Below, in pieces: positions 23,858 to 37,220 of a DNA stretch of 64,000 nt. A model generated the notes under the pieces. That model ran no database searches, was not told where the DNA came from, and saw nothing but the letters and a program-made list of their open reading frames with translations. The first letter of the stretch is position 1, and the number at the start of each line of letters is the position of its first letter. This DNA comes from Tubiluchus corallicola (taxonomy: Eukaryota > Animalia > Priapulida), in assembly GCA_030141605.1 (NCBI GenBank), contig JAQGDQ010000128.1:124001-188000 (forward strand), read 5' to 3'. The translations under genes and the position numbers were made by a program.

Positions 23858-26800
23858 ATGTGATACATGCGCACTGATTATAAATTTGTAGTCTTTCAAG
23901 CCGTTTAGTTCTTTGGTGCTTCTGAACGTGAGTGATTGCATAATCAGTTATGAAGTAAAAACATATGGCGATTTTCGCATGAAATTATCTTCAATGTAAA
24001 ACACTTCATCGAAAGTGCTGTAGCAAATTCGTAACAAAATTCCGTCTGATACATATTGATAGTTAAAAAGGATGACCAATAAACAGCTTGATGCAGTAAA
24101 TCGTTCACTTCAATAGAAACGACGACACATTTAGTAAAACTTAAATTAAATGACTTAAATCATTATTACATAATGTTACCCTATACACAAATTAGTCTAT
24201 AATAATGAGTGCAGCATGTACAGTATGTCGCGTCATTTTTAAAGCGTCATTTGATAAATTACCTCGATTTACAAGATCACCGTACTTAATTTTATAAATA
24301 ATTAATGATTCACACAACCCATTTGTCACCCTGCAGTATATTCTTCCGATCTCCAATAACACGGCAAAGTATTGCTGCAGATATATAGCCGTGGTCTAAT
24401 TTCCTGACAACTTTACTCCGAACTCCTAGCAATACACGCATTACTCGTAATTGACCGTAACTCCTCATGAGAAGAAGGACGATTAAATCCTTCTTGTAAT
24501 AAAATCATCAAATAATGCTTTTCTACTTCCCTGACATCTTAATAGTTACAGTTTACAGCCCCCCGTAACAGAGTTCGGCAGTCTCCTTAAGTGAACAACC
24601 ACTTGAACAAATAATACAACAGCATACAATTCAAATGTGTGGCTCTTTAGCCCTTCGTTATTATTGTTATTGTAGAATTAGTCGCTTATTAAGCAGATTT
24701 TTTAGATGCACGGATTCCAGAATCGAGCCCCGATGGTTGAGTTGATCCAGTTTCAAATGTGAAATAGGCTCCTTAAAGCGATTTTGAAGCAAAACACTTA
24801 TTGTACAAGCTCCGTGGCATTAATTGAGCGAATCTTGTACTTTATGTTAGATTCTTATGTCCTGCATTATTTTAATTGTCTTCCTTATGATTTTCAGTTG
24901 CATAATAAACTATTATTAAGACGCCAGCACCTGTATTTTGTATCCCATTCTTCTTTCAATATAAGCTGACACGCGTGGGTTAAACTATGATAATGTTTTA
25001 CATATTTTTCGTCCAACAAACCCTATTTTGCCATCCTTTAAGATTGATTTTTGTTAAATAACGTCGTTTGACCGTTATGTTGGCATAGCTGGTCATTACT
25101 TTGAGAGCAAAATTTCCAATGAACCGACATAGGAACTTTCAACATTATGCAACATAATCAAGCAATGCAACTTTTATGGTAAATAAACTCGTCGGTTTAT
25201 TTTATCTTCTTTAAATTGACTGCATTTGTTAATTAGAGCTAGTATCTTAACCCACGCCAAAACAACGCCAGGATACGGATTTCATAAAAATTCTAATAGT
25301 TAATAATACTTTGCGTAATTAATAATACGTTCACGGCGCGGCACATAATCATGACTAATGATAAAATGGATTTTACACAAAATTAAAAAACTTTCTGGAT
25401 AGAAATTGTGAAAACGTGCATGTAGGGTTTTTGTTCACTGGGCCGCTTGCGTTTTTGGCATGTTTCCATCATCTAGCTCAGACAGTTTATGCTAAATCAA
25501 ATAAAAAGTTTGAAAAACTCTCATTGAACTACTTTGTGAAATGCTGGTTGAAAGGTGTTGGGCTGAATGACATTGCTTTGATAAATGAAGTAGCACTTTA
25601 AATAGCGTCGTGTCGGACGGCGGGAGCACTTTCACGGGTTACCTGCTTAGCATGAAGCTGATTTGTTTTCTTAAGCGTATGAAGACAAATGGATAGCGCT
25701 AGTGCGGTCAATAGTAAAGAATGTGGTCACTGGCAGCACAGTGAGTTGACACTGATAATGATCGTAGACACTGGTTACGGTAGCGGTTATGGTAAGGCAT
25801 ATAATATAATGGTAAGGTATGGTTATAAAATAATTTGAAGTAGTTTTTAAAGGAGTCTGTTTCTTCGTGAAATCAAGTTTGCATAATAAGTTTACAGTTA
25901 CAACGTTTTGTTTTAAAATTAAGTTTCGGCACCCTTTTCAAAGAACTTCTCAGGCCAATACTTGAAGATAAGAAGAAACAAATATCAAAGAAAATAAATA
26001 AAGTTGCGCAACGGAACAGTTGCAGTACGGTTGCATAAAGGCCCGCTTGGAGGAGTGTGGGAGGAAATATGAAATTCGATTATTCAGATAGAACAATAAA
26101 AATGCGTAAGTCCTAACACTTACTATGTGAACACTAATGTAAAGCAAACAGCCGTGATAATTATTGAAGCCTGTCTGTTCAACTTTTATTGTCTGTTGAC
26201 CCCTTCTTTGATGTTACGCATTTAGGTACAGTACCAAATCACAATAGCTTTTCTAAATTAGGTAATGTGTTATTATAGATCTAAACTCTACTAGTTGTAA
26301 ACTGCCAATATTAACGGCACATTCGAAATGATTAGCATCGACAGCACTACCGCATATAGCAAAGCCACTGTAAAGCTACTGTAAAACCACAAGAATTATT
26401 ATTAAGCTGCAGTTATGTAAGTGCATTCAGTCTATAATTATGATTAAATCGGTAACATCCGACTCACATGTGTAAATTTGTCTGCTATAACGGTATAACG
26501 GCGCTGATTTATGTCCTTTATTCGGCACAGATGAGCCCTTTAGTGACCGTGTGTCCCTGTCTGTCCGTTATGTGTGTGTCGCTTGTGTGTTAGTTACGCG
26601 GCCCAAGTGCTGCGGCATAACCCGAAATGTGATATAGCGTAAGAACCAGCATGGTCTCGGGAAGGTTTTAGGCTATTGTTAGTATACCAACTTAGGCCAA
26701 CGCTGTCGCTCCCGCGCCCGCCGCCGCCCCACATCCAAACCATTGGCGCCTAAAACAACATTTTTGCTACATTCCGTACTCGTTAAATATGTCTTTTTAG

Positions 26801-27099
26801 AGATTTTTAGGGATTCCGAGTTGGAATATCAACGTGCCAAGTTCCCAACGCTCTAAACACTTATGCAAAACATAAAACACATACTAACATTAGAAGACAG
26901 GACAGTAAAAATCTGTTACATTACCTCTTCAAGTGGACACCTCCAAACAGTACTGGCTGTCTATTATCTATTAATGTCCATTATTATGTATTATCGTTTT
27001 TGTTTTTGTTTTATGGGATCAGTTCAATACCCTAGCCGAACGTGTAGCTGTTTTGCTGTTATTCCTTGAAGTGTATCTTGAAGTGCGCTCAAAACACTA

Positions 27100-27315
27100 A
27101 ATGTTCAAATGGATTATGTGTGTAAATAACCAAGTATGTCCAAATAACCGATGCGCCCAAACTACTTTGTATCCAAATGACTAATCAAAACTGTCTATGT
27201 CCAAATAAAGTATGCGTCCAAAATGTTCTGCGCTTAAAATGTCTGTGTCCAAATAACCTGTGCCTAAAATGTTTGTGTAAAATAATTTGCTTCTAAAACC
27301 CTGTGTCCAAAACGC
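27100..27315. repeat. Degenerate minisatellite with a TGTCCAAA(T/A) core
   Basis: Recurrent gtccaaataa / gtccaaaa / gcctaaaat units at about 15-20 bp spacing. Confidence 0.7.
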
Positions 27316-30300
27316 TTGTAACAGATAATTTAAAACGATGGCAAAAACTGGAACTAAACTAAGCATTCCTAAACCTCATATAGGGTTACTACTCCCTTGG
27401 CTTGTTAGGTAATACATTTATGCTGTCTTAAATGCCACCTAGTTGAGTTATTTTGACTTTATTGCTGCGTTGGCGGCCATTTTGAATGACCTTGACCTTC
27501 AATAACATTAAAACACTATTTTTCTCCGAAGTGGATTTATGGGATTTCTAATAGGTTGTTCTGGACAATTTTCTGGGTGTCTGAGCAAAACTTCAGCCAT
27601 ACACTATTTTAATCCAGTTTATGCATTTTTGGGCTAATTTGACTGAACTATAATATTGGCACGCTTATGCAACATTTGTCGGTGCTGTTTTTTGAAACAC
27701 CCTGTAAAAGGACGTTTTATAGTTAATCAACTACAAACGTATACAGTTTCAACACCTGCAGAAAAGAGAAGCCAACAGTGCTTTATGGGTATTCAGAGAA
27801 TACGTGTTTACTGGATAAGTAATTATAGGCATCTATGAATATATCCATGCCACGTAAAACCTCTGGATTATGGATATGGATATGGGTATGAATGTGAAAT
27901 TTCATATCCTTGCCTAGCTCCTTAGTCGCTTAATCTTTGTTAATCACTTATACCAAACAAATGTTTCTAATTTAGTTAATTATTTTTAATCAATGCCTAA
28001 ATAATAGCGTGATAAACCACAGTTATTAAGCAAAATCTGAATGAAGGGAAAATGTGAAAAAGTAATGACTGAGTCTGGATTTGAACCAAGAAGCTATCAG
28101 TTTTGGCTTAACAAATTAATAATTATGGATATCTTTCATCCTATCTCGATCAAGTGTTGTCTCAGTACAGAATGATCGTTCAAAGTGTGGGGTTGTAGTT
28201 GTAGGAAACCATGCATTACTACATTGGGTTGGAAAATAATAGATTTTTATTTCACACATTTTAAAACCTGTTTAACAAAAACTAGCCTCTCATTTCTATT
28301 AAAAAAACAGAAAAAAGTAGTATTACAGTCAAGTGACCCCTTGTCTTTGTATATGTGCAACGCGTGGTTCTGACTACAAAAGAAATATGCTTGAACCACA
28401 TTTTCCTAATTCTGTAATCAAAGAATGGATTAATCACAGACTTATCAGGAATAGTGTCAGTGTTCAACTGTTCAACTTATTCTTATTGGCTTTTAACAGC
28501 TAAAAGCTTATTCACTTGATATAACAAGTGTGTATTAAGCGTTGGTAGGTTTTTGTCTTGGTAGTTTTTGTCTGATCTGGCAGTTATATAAGCATCCATT
28601 CTTTGTTCTCTTGTATAAGCTTTATGCTAATCTGCATAGTGTAAATCTTATATTACATACAAATTAGTTACCTTAATTAAATATCGAAATGTGAATATAC
28701 TTAAATTAAGAATCGGTAACATATTTGATTAGGTGTGCCATTGACCACCATTCCTATCTGCCTTTCTGCTAAATAAGTACAGAGGGTTAATGCGACATTA
28801 ATACCTACAGGTTTCTTTCTCGGCACGGATTTGGCTACTATTGTGAACGTGATTTCTTCTTTTACTGCCTAGTTGATTTCCCAGTCCTAAGCAGAAAAAC
28901 AATTTCTGTTTCTAGATTGAAAGTCACACAGCAAATTTCAATGCAAATAGCTGCGTTGAGTACAGTCGGTGGTTTAAGGATGCACGTTAACTATTACAAA
29001 TAATCCAATTTTTGATTGACATATGCTTCCAAAGGGTCTAAAATCGCCTGTAACTATCCCTCAATATAGACACAGTAATTACCTGGTAGGGACATTTTAT
29101 TTTAATGTAGGTAAGTGAGAACAAAACCAACCAGACAATTATATATGAATGTCATTTTCTCTCACACGCAAATTTTTCATTTCACAGATTTTGAGCAATT
29201 ATTCTCACAATATAATTAAAAATTTTACGACTCCACACAACAATACTGCTACTATCGAGCATCTTTTCAGCAAATGTCGCAATGGTGTCGTCTTGAAAAC
29301 AGCGAGGAAAATTTATAGTTTCTTCAAGAAACTAACACACATTATAGAATAGTGCTTCGCTGGCACGAGGATTTTGTACAGCATTCGTCAAACACAGAAA
29401 ATTGTCAAGGAAAAATCTTGTCATTTAGCAAATCATACATTGTGTACGTTACTAACGCTTTCAAATGCCGCATCAATAATTTGAGTGTTTTATGCACATC
29501 ATTTCTTCAACGGTTTTTATAAGTCAGTGACTAAGCAAACCAAAAAGACAACAATTAGAAAATCAGCAAACGAATAATTAACCAAACAGCCGAGAATAGC
29601 CGATGGCAAATAGCCAAACGAACGAACAAACAAGCAATCAAGCAAAACAAAACAAGCAAACAACTAAACGTAGATGAAACTGCTTATACTATAAAATTAG
29701 TAATAATATAAACGCGATAATACCAAACGTAAATCACACCTGAAATTGTTCAAAGACTGAAAGTATTACGTGAAATACTGTAGGCAAATTCGTTTCAGTT
29801 TTTGTATGTTGCAGCATAGATACAAAATAGCGAGAACTGATTTGAAACTAGCATTTTGGTTTTAGTATAAAAAGCTAACTACGCTTACAACTAAACGTAT
29901 AACTAAGCTTAAAATATTAATTACTACACTCATAAAAATAAAAGCTTTCTTTAGGCTGTCACAAGTACAGGTCGTATTATTTATTGTTCTGCTTATTATA
30001 CCCCAATGACGTATCTAGGAAACAGTGCGCTCTCCTCATACTTTTAAACTTGTAAATAGTGTTATGCACTATGGCTTCATGGAGAATAGTAGTAGTAAAA
30101 AGCATATATGCACTTCATAAAAAGTCCTACTGGAGTAATAAAAACTGCGAACGATACAAAAGTGCATAAAAACCCATAAACCCATAAATCAAATAATTCA
30201 AGTCAATCTATACAAGGTACTCATAGTATTATTGAAAGAAACAATTTTTTACAAACATTAAAACCTTTTTTAAAAGTATATGGTTAATTTCGAAACAAAA

Positions 30301-31609
30301 TGACTGTCTATTAAGAAAACTCCATGCAGTCACTATTCTTTATTTCTGAAACAGCAAAAGAGACTTGTTGATATGCGAGGATAAGGTTAAACGCGTATAT
30401 TTATAATGCAGGGAAGTAATACGTGTATTTTATCGTGCCGCTTACTCTATAAAAAACTAAAATTAATGGGTATTGATATTTCAACATCAAAATTTATGTT
30501 ATTTTAAGATTAGCATGTATATGCTTCTGAATTCATATACTATTTTGTCTAAGGAAATTTTGCTTTCGTTACACGTTTTCTAAACAGTATCTATTTGCCG
30601 TGGTGTTTTTTTTTCATGAATTAAGATACGAATATAGCGATATAATTTATGGCGGTCTTTTTGTGTAATAACCTCTAATATTTCGCTAAGCTAATGCACG
30701 AATATAAGGAAATACAAAAACCAAAATAATACAGTAGACCATATAAAAATGCTGCAAGTTAACACAAGCTAACATAATCATGTTAAAAAAGGCAAAGCAA
30801 TGTAAAATGAGTGATTGAATGAGCGAGCGAATGACCAAGCTTTGAACGGAGAGAAAGGGGATGAAAAAAGGCGGTGATTGAGTGCATGAGAATGCCAATA
30901 AATATACAATACTTTGAATAAATATGTAATTTCATGTTAATAATTTGCATTGTTAATGGTATCAGAAGTATTGTTCCTAGCTGTTTTATTCCTTAGCGAA
31001 ACATTGGGGCTTAATACAACAATATTTCCAAATGGTAAATCGCGTAGTTAATTCTTTCGATACAATTATGAGATTGAATCACACACCCACACTAAATTCT
31101 AGTCTAGCATAATTGACAATGTCTGAGGTAGCCTAGTTTCCAGTATTCACACTGACCTAGCGATTAACATCAGCACTTTGATAAAGTGCTTAGTCTGATA
31201 ATGACACTTTCTTAAAACTCGCCGATAACTTATTCTGTTTACACGCTGAATTGCAGAAACAGAATTAGCAAGCAAACCTTTCGTGTTCCACTCAAAAAGA
31301 ACTCCAGGCAAGATAATAATGCTTAAATTTTCATCAATTTTTTCCAGTTTTACGTCATATGAAAACTGGTGTTGCTACAATCGACTCCAAAAGCGCCTGG
31401 GCATGTCTTACTGGTGAGTTGTCTTGTTAGCATTCACTGCACATGGATTTTAGCAGTGGCGATAAAATGTTTGCTGATGTCCCCGTTCACTATTCCTAAT
31501 TTAAGAGAAAGATGTAAAGATTTGGTGGAACGATATAAAGATTTCGTTAGTAACTAATACATATATGATAGTACAGAGACCTAATATGTAAAATTCGTGT
31601 GCTGGAAAT

Positions 31610-31845
31610 AAGAGAAAGAGGGAAGGGAGACAGGAAGAGCGAGAGTGAGACTTACAGAGAAAGAGAGAAAGAGGGAGAGGGGGATACACAGAAAAAGGAG
31701 GAAACGAGGGGGAGAGGGAGAACGAAAGGGAAACACAGGAAATGAAAAACAGATAGGAAAGGAGAAGGGGAGAGATGGAGAGAGAGAAAGGGGTGAGACA
31801 CAGAGAAAGTGAGCGAGAGAGCGGGAGAGAGAAAGAAGATAGAAA
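31610..31845. repeat. GA-rich low-complexity tract
   Basis: Directly visible purine tract. Confidence 0.85.
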
Positions 31846-32519
31846 GTACCACGAGTAGAATGGTTACTTGTCCAATTGGTAATATATTAAGTGGCTAAAT
31901 TACATTGCCAATTACCGTAATCTTTATAATAAATCTGCCAACTTTGAAAGATTGTCGTTAGGCAGCAAAATGTTCGATTACCATTTTAATGGTATTACCA
32001 TAGTCCAGCTTTACTGATGCAACGTCAATGCCTAGCGCTAAGCCATGCATCAGACTTTCAAGATAATTGAATGCTAATCACAGTAGATTTATCAGAAGAC
32101 AATGTCTTTAAATGTCTCGCATTTTTTACGATTTTGTTATACTAATCAAGCCTGCTCCATATTCGTATTATTCATTTTATTGCGGGAGTAGAAGTTTGCT
32201 GCAGAACTGCTCTCATTACACGTACTCGGAGAGCAATTGTTTAATTGTCATCAGTTGGTCTGCAAGAAAATGTTACTGTTTCAAACGTCAGAGAGACAAG
32301 ACATTAAACAAAACAAAAAATGTTGGAAGATATGTTTAATTCGGAAAAGCACTTTTGAAGGGAATTTCAGTTTGATTAAAAAAATCACTACTAACACACA
32401 AAAAAGAAATGCTATGTATTGTGTACATTACTTGTACAATACAATATACAATACTTGTATATTTTGAGATTTCTGACTAAATGAAAGTTGATGTAATTTC
32501 TCTTAATAGTTAGAATTAA

Positions 32520-32549
32520 TATTATTGTTATTATTACTATCATCATCGT

Positions 32550-32592
<43 letters not shown>

Positions 32593-32600
32593 ACCACCAC
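32520..32600. repeat. Compound trinucleotide repeat ATT-ATC-GTC-GCC-ACC
   Basis: Directly visible. Explains the poly-S/P and poly-V/A/T ORFs. Confidence 0.9.
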
Positions 32601-35299
32601 GCAATTACAATGCAATTGCTATTCATGCAATTATAGCTATATGGCATACATATAATGTATTACTACGTTCATGTAATATGTTCTATGTGCATCATGACTT
32701 TTATGTTATATGTGTATATGTAATTTACTTTGAGCTTAACAGTGCGCTAGTATGTTCAGTTTACTATAAGGCCATTTTGAATTAGGTCCCTGACAATATC
32801 TATATACATTTTAATTACATTTTGTCTCCTTTCTGCAGGATCTCACGCTTGTAGATCATCATTTTAATGCTCATGTCCGAGGAAGTAATTTTGGTAGTAC
32901 TTGTTGATAACAATATAAACATCATACAGCGTTTAAACCATATTTTAAAATGCTTTGCTCATCTAATTTTGAAAACTAATAGTTAGAGAACTTTGGTTGC
33001 CAATTTCTTTTGCTATAAAAACAGAAAAATGGCTCAGTGAAATATACGCAGATGTATCTTTGCACTGATTTCTTCTGCTTAACCGTACAGAACTTTTCAC
33101 TTTGGCACTGAGCCTGATTTCATTCTCATTGCTATTTGCTCATTATCGAGCATTTTTCGCATTTGCCTAATATACATGTACCTAAACTTGGCTACCACAG
33201 AAAATAAACCGTGCTTTGCATATAACAACTTATTCACGAAATTAATATTGTAAACACTTTCTCATCCCCAAACTTACCATAAATAACCATCCACTACTAG
33301 AACTTAGTTTTATCTGCCTTGAGACATACTTGAAAAGTTACTATTCTAAACAGACCCGCAGAAGGCTTGAGCCCTTCTGTAACTAAGTTGCAACAACTTT
33401 GACTCCATATATTTGCAGTTAGGCCCTACTCTATTGTTTAATATTTACACGTAAATGACTTACTTCCCTTCGTGAGATAATTGTAGTCTTATACCGATGT
33501 TTTCCGAAGCCAGAACGTAAATCGAGACAATTGCCGACTAACCGAAACCGATAGCAGTCAAAATGATACCTCTTACAATAGACACCGAATTCAACCAAAT
33601 GTCACGTAGGTCTACTACCAATGCTGAATAGCTGTAGTGGGTCTAGAATGTAGCTGATTAACAATTTAATCCTCTAAGATGAGACCTTAAACGTCACATG
33701 TGTCTTAGCAATTTTCAGCTAAGACCATGTCCTTCCTTCATACTATAAACAGCTAAGGGGGAAATGTCAGCTAAAATCGACTAAAAGGCGGTTTCGTGGC
33801 ACGGCTTAACGTTGATTTTGAAGCGGACAGGTTCGCAAAACTTTAAGCAGAAATTGCACGTCAAATGTTCTGCTAGCACCACCTACTAACAAATAAAGAA
33901 AACCATGTCTTCGTGTTATTTAGAGATTCGCCGATATTGAGGATATGACGCAAAACGAAACTGAGTTTACTTGCAAATACGTATAGATTGGCAATGTATG
34001 TTTTTCGGTTTAGTTTTTACAGCAATCAGTATAAGTCAATGTGGACATTTCGATAGTTCACTGATAGACAACAATGGAGTCTTGCTTGTGTTAAATTAGA
34101 AGGTTTAGCCAAGCAATTTTCTGTTGACAATGTTTGACAATTAACAAAAATATTGGTAGCATCTTAAAATGTGCTAGGAAGAATATAACTTTGTTTTACA
34201 TACAAAGTCGGTTTATATTACATATAAAGAACATTCGTCCACAAGAGACTATTCAATCGACTAAAAATTATATCAACCACAAACTAAAACAATAAATGAA
34301 GGATTAGATCTACAGCAAGTTTAAAACTATGCGATTGTTAAAAAAACAATAAAATACCAATTTCCTCTGATTATATAAAAATGCAGTATAAATAAAAAAT
34401 ATTAATTTTATTAACAAGAAAATGTTTGTAAATATTTCTTAACTTTGCGTGAGAAAATAGCAAGTGTATGCGACGTTCTAATGCCATTATTAAGATCTTT
34501 CTAGAGTTGTTTATAGGTTTTACATGAATTCCGTATTTCAAGCTCTATTGTTCGCTATTGTGCACAATAATAAACTTAAAAATATGTATCACCTAATTAA
34601 CAACGATCCTGTCCTTCGAAACGAGGTGCGACTTCGGAACGAGATTGCCTCATTCAGGCAAGTGTTAAACAGGTTAGCGTCTCGCTGCGTTAGGCAACTG
34701 GAATATTCATCAGTGTAGGGCGCGAAGTAGGCCACCAGCCGATGTAGGGCAGTTGCGCTAAAGCGCATGCGCTGAATTTGCCGAAAACCAGTGCCGTACC
34801 TGGGCAGCCCAAGTAACCCACCGGGTAATTTCTCTCGCTCTTTTAATTTTGCGTCGAGAATTTTGTCAGATTTTAAAATTCTGTGAAAGTCTCTTCATTT
34901 TATTAAAAATCGTGCTTGTTGAGCTGAGTTGCAGTCAGTTTTGCGTCATGAAAACTTACTATACCAGATGTTTAACTCACACCAGCATGCATTACATAGA
35001 TATTGCTTTGCCCTAACGTACGTGGTTCGCTAGATCGTTTACCACACTTTTACGACTCTTACTTTTTTTCGTCTACTACGAGACAAAATAAAAAATGACG
35101 TACGTTAAATCAATATCGGAATCGCGTTAAAAATTATTATTACTAAATAAATAAGAACAACGGACGCTGTCACTAAGGTTAACGGGGCTCAATTCGTGAC
35201 ATGTCTCTAGTGCCCTACTTAAGTAGCCCATGTACGGCGTGCCCCACTAGGGCTAGCTTACGTTCTTCATTCTACATGTCTGGACTTAAAAACTGCCTT

Positions 35300-36110
35300 G
35301 TAGTGCATAAGACAGTCCAAAATGACCTATCCCTTCTCGATATGCCATCGGCAGAAGCATACACTAAAAGCCAGTAGTACAGGTTCTTTACTAAGATGTT
35401 CAGGAATCCTGGTAAGCATCCTATATTAATGGATACGATAAATAAATGTCAGGCCGCAGCAACCGCTGTATATACATACATCAAAAGTACCACGCTGAGA
35501 TGAGACCCTGCAATTGAGGATAAGCAAAAGAGAGTACAGGGATGTAATGTGTCAACCTCTAGTAGGATAGTTACGTACAATCAGTTACGTACAATCAACC
35601 CCCAGTAGGATAGTTACGTTACTTTTCAATCCGGATTTTGTGGGTCATCCTATATATTCAAATAGGACGGCACCTGTTCGTGAACTCGAAAGAGTTTCCT
35701 GGACAAAAGCCAGAATATCAGATCATAAATTGGCTATGGGAAGTGGAAGGTAGAGAAATACCCGTAAGGACAGGAGGTTTTGCGACTGCCGTACTAACGA
35801 ACCAAGGCTTGTTCAAGACGAAGATGTTTTTTGCAATTGTGCGAAGTATGACCCGGTCAGACAACTACCGAGGTTCTCTGATATTGATGTGTCATCCATC
35901 AGCTATATTCCGACATAACTGTTACATGTAGGACTGATAATGCAATGTAAAATATATTAATTATATTACTGCACTCTGTTTAATGCAATTTTAGCACTTG
36001 TATGATCGTCAATGTACAAATGTTTTGGAGAAAATTTTGAACTAACTTAATTTTCCGTGTATATACCCTGATTAAGTGTAATAATAGGTGATGGTCAATA
36101 AATTACTTAC
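35300..36110 (+). mobile_element. Decayed 3' end of a non-LTR retrotransposon (CR1/L2-group-like C-terminal Cys/His region)
   Basis: From 35628 reads NPDFVGHPIYSNRTAPVRELERVSWTKARISDHKLAMGSGR*RNTRKDRRFCDC...VQDED, fitting the R.S.H.L..E.GRW...R.C.C...Q.E.H pattern. Followed by AATAAA and a short ACTT-type tail near 36097-36110. The 5' boundary is approximate. Confidence 0.65.
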
Positions 36111-36369
36111 GGCATTTGCCCTATTTCGGCTAGTGTGTCCTACTCCGCGCCCGACAATTAGGATATATTTAATAAGAATTTGCGCTAATAATTTTTTCCG
36201 CGTTACCTCTTAAAAATATATATTGTTTCTCTTATCAAACATTTGACATATATAAGAGGGATTGGTTATCAACTGACTTATACACTTCTTTCAGGAAGTT
36301 GTATTATATCTAGTGTAACTATACTTTGCAATTAGGCTTTAAACAATGAACAGCTTCTTTATTAAAAGT

Positions 36370-37220
36370 CCTGATGTTAATAGATATGCTTCATCTGTTC
36401 TTTTTTAGCGTGCAAATAATGGCACTGTTCAGGGTCTACCTGCATTTGGTTGCACTGAAACAACATGCCGGCGCTTTTTGCATCTTCAACAAACTTGCTA
36501 TTTACTACATCATAATTTTTAGATCTTAGCAGGTATGAAGTCATGTCCCACAGCTCTGTGAGAGAGTTATTTTGTTTTAAACCCATAGCTTTCGTCAACT
36601 CTTTTAAAATTGAATTGCTCGATATCATTATTACCTATTTCAGCTGGTCCAGTCGTATTGCTAAACTACGGGTTTTTATGGACCCTGGGCATGGTGTAAG
36701 GCACACATTAGTATCAGTATCAGTATCTACTAACGGTATCAACACTCAGATCAATATAAAATAGTTAAGTCATAATTGAGTCATAATTAATTAAGATTTT
36801 ATCACAAAGCTCATACATAGAATTTGCAAAGTCAGTGCCTGATGCTTTGAGTTGCTTATAACAAAAACAACGTAATTTCTTGTTTCTGTCTACATTTACC
36901 TCTCAATAGACAGGGTTTCAATTATATTATTGTCCACACGTTCTTTAATTTCCAATTCCTTCCTATGGCTAGACGAGATGCTTGACTAGACATACAACAT
37001 GAGACTGCTGACTTGCCACACAGTCTGCCCTTTCTGTACATTCGTTCTAGCCGTCAATCTCAAATTCAGCATTGGAGAAGATTTATTTATTTTGCCTCAG
37101 TTATACACAAGACGTCAATGCCACTGAAGAGTAAGCTGTCGTGCACACTTGGGGATTTGTTTAAAATTGTATTTATGATTAAATATGCAATAACACACTT
37201 GTTGTTGTTTACCTGCCGGA
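36370..37220 (-). mobile_element. Decayed AP-endonuclease domain of a CR1/L2-like LINE ORF2
   Basis: Minus-strand motifs in the expected order across frameshifts: CVIAYLIINTILNK, SGIDVLCITEAK, EFEIDG*, MYRKGR, LMLYV, RKELE, then LWDMTSYLL (approximately LGDxN.LL) and HIY. Confidence 0.7.

Noticed and set aside
28805-28886. Minus-strand exon-like unit LGNQLGSKRRNHVHNSSQIRAEKETC
   Set aside because: Weak donor, no partner exons found, and short enough to be chance.
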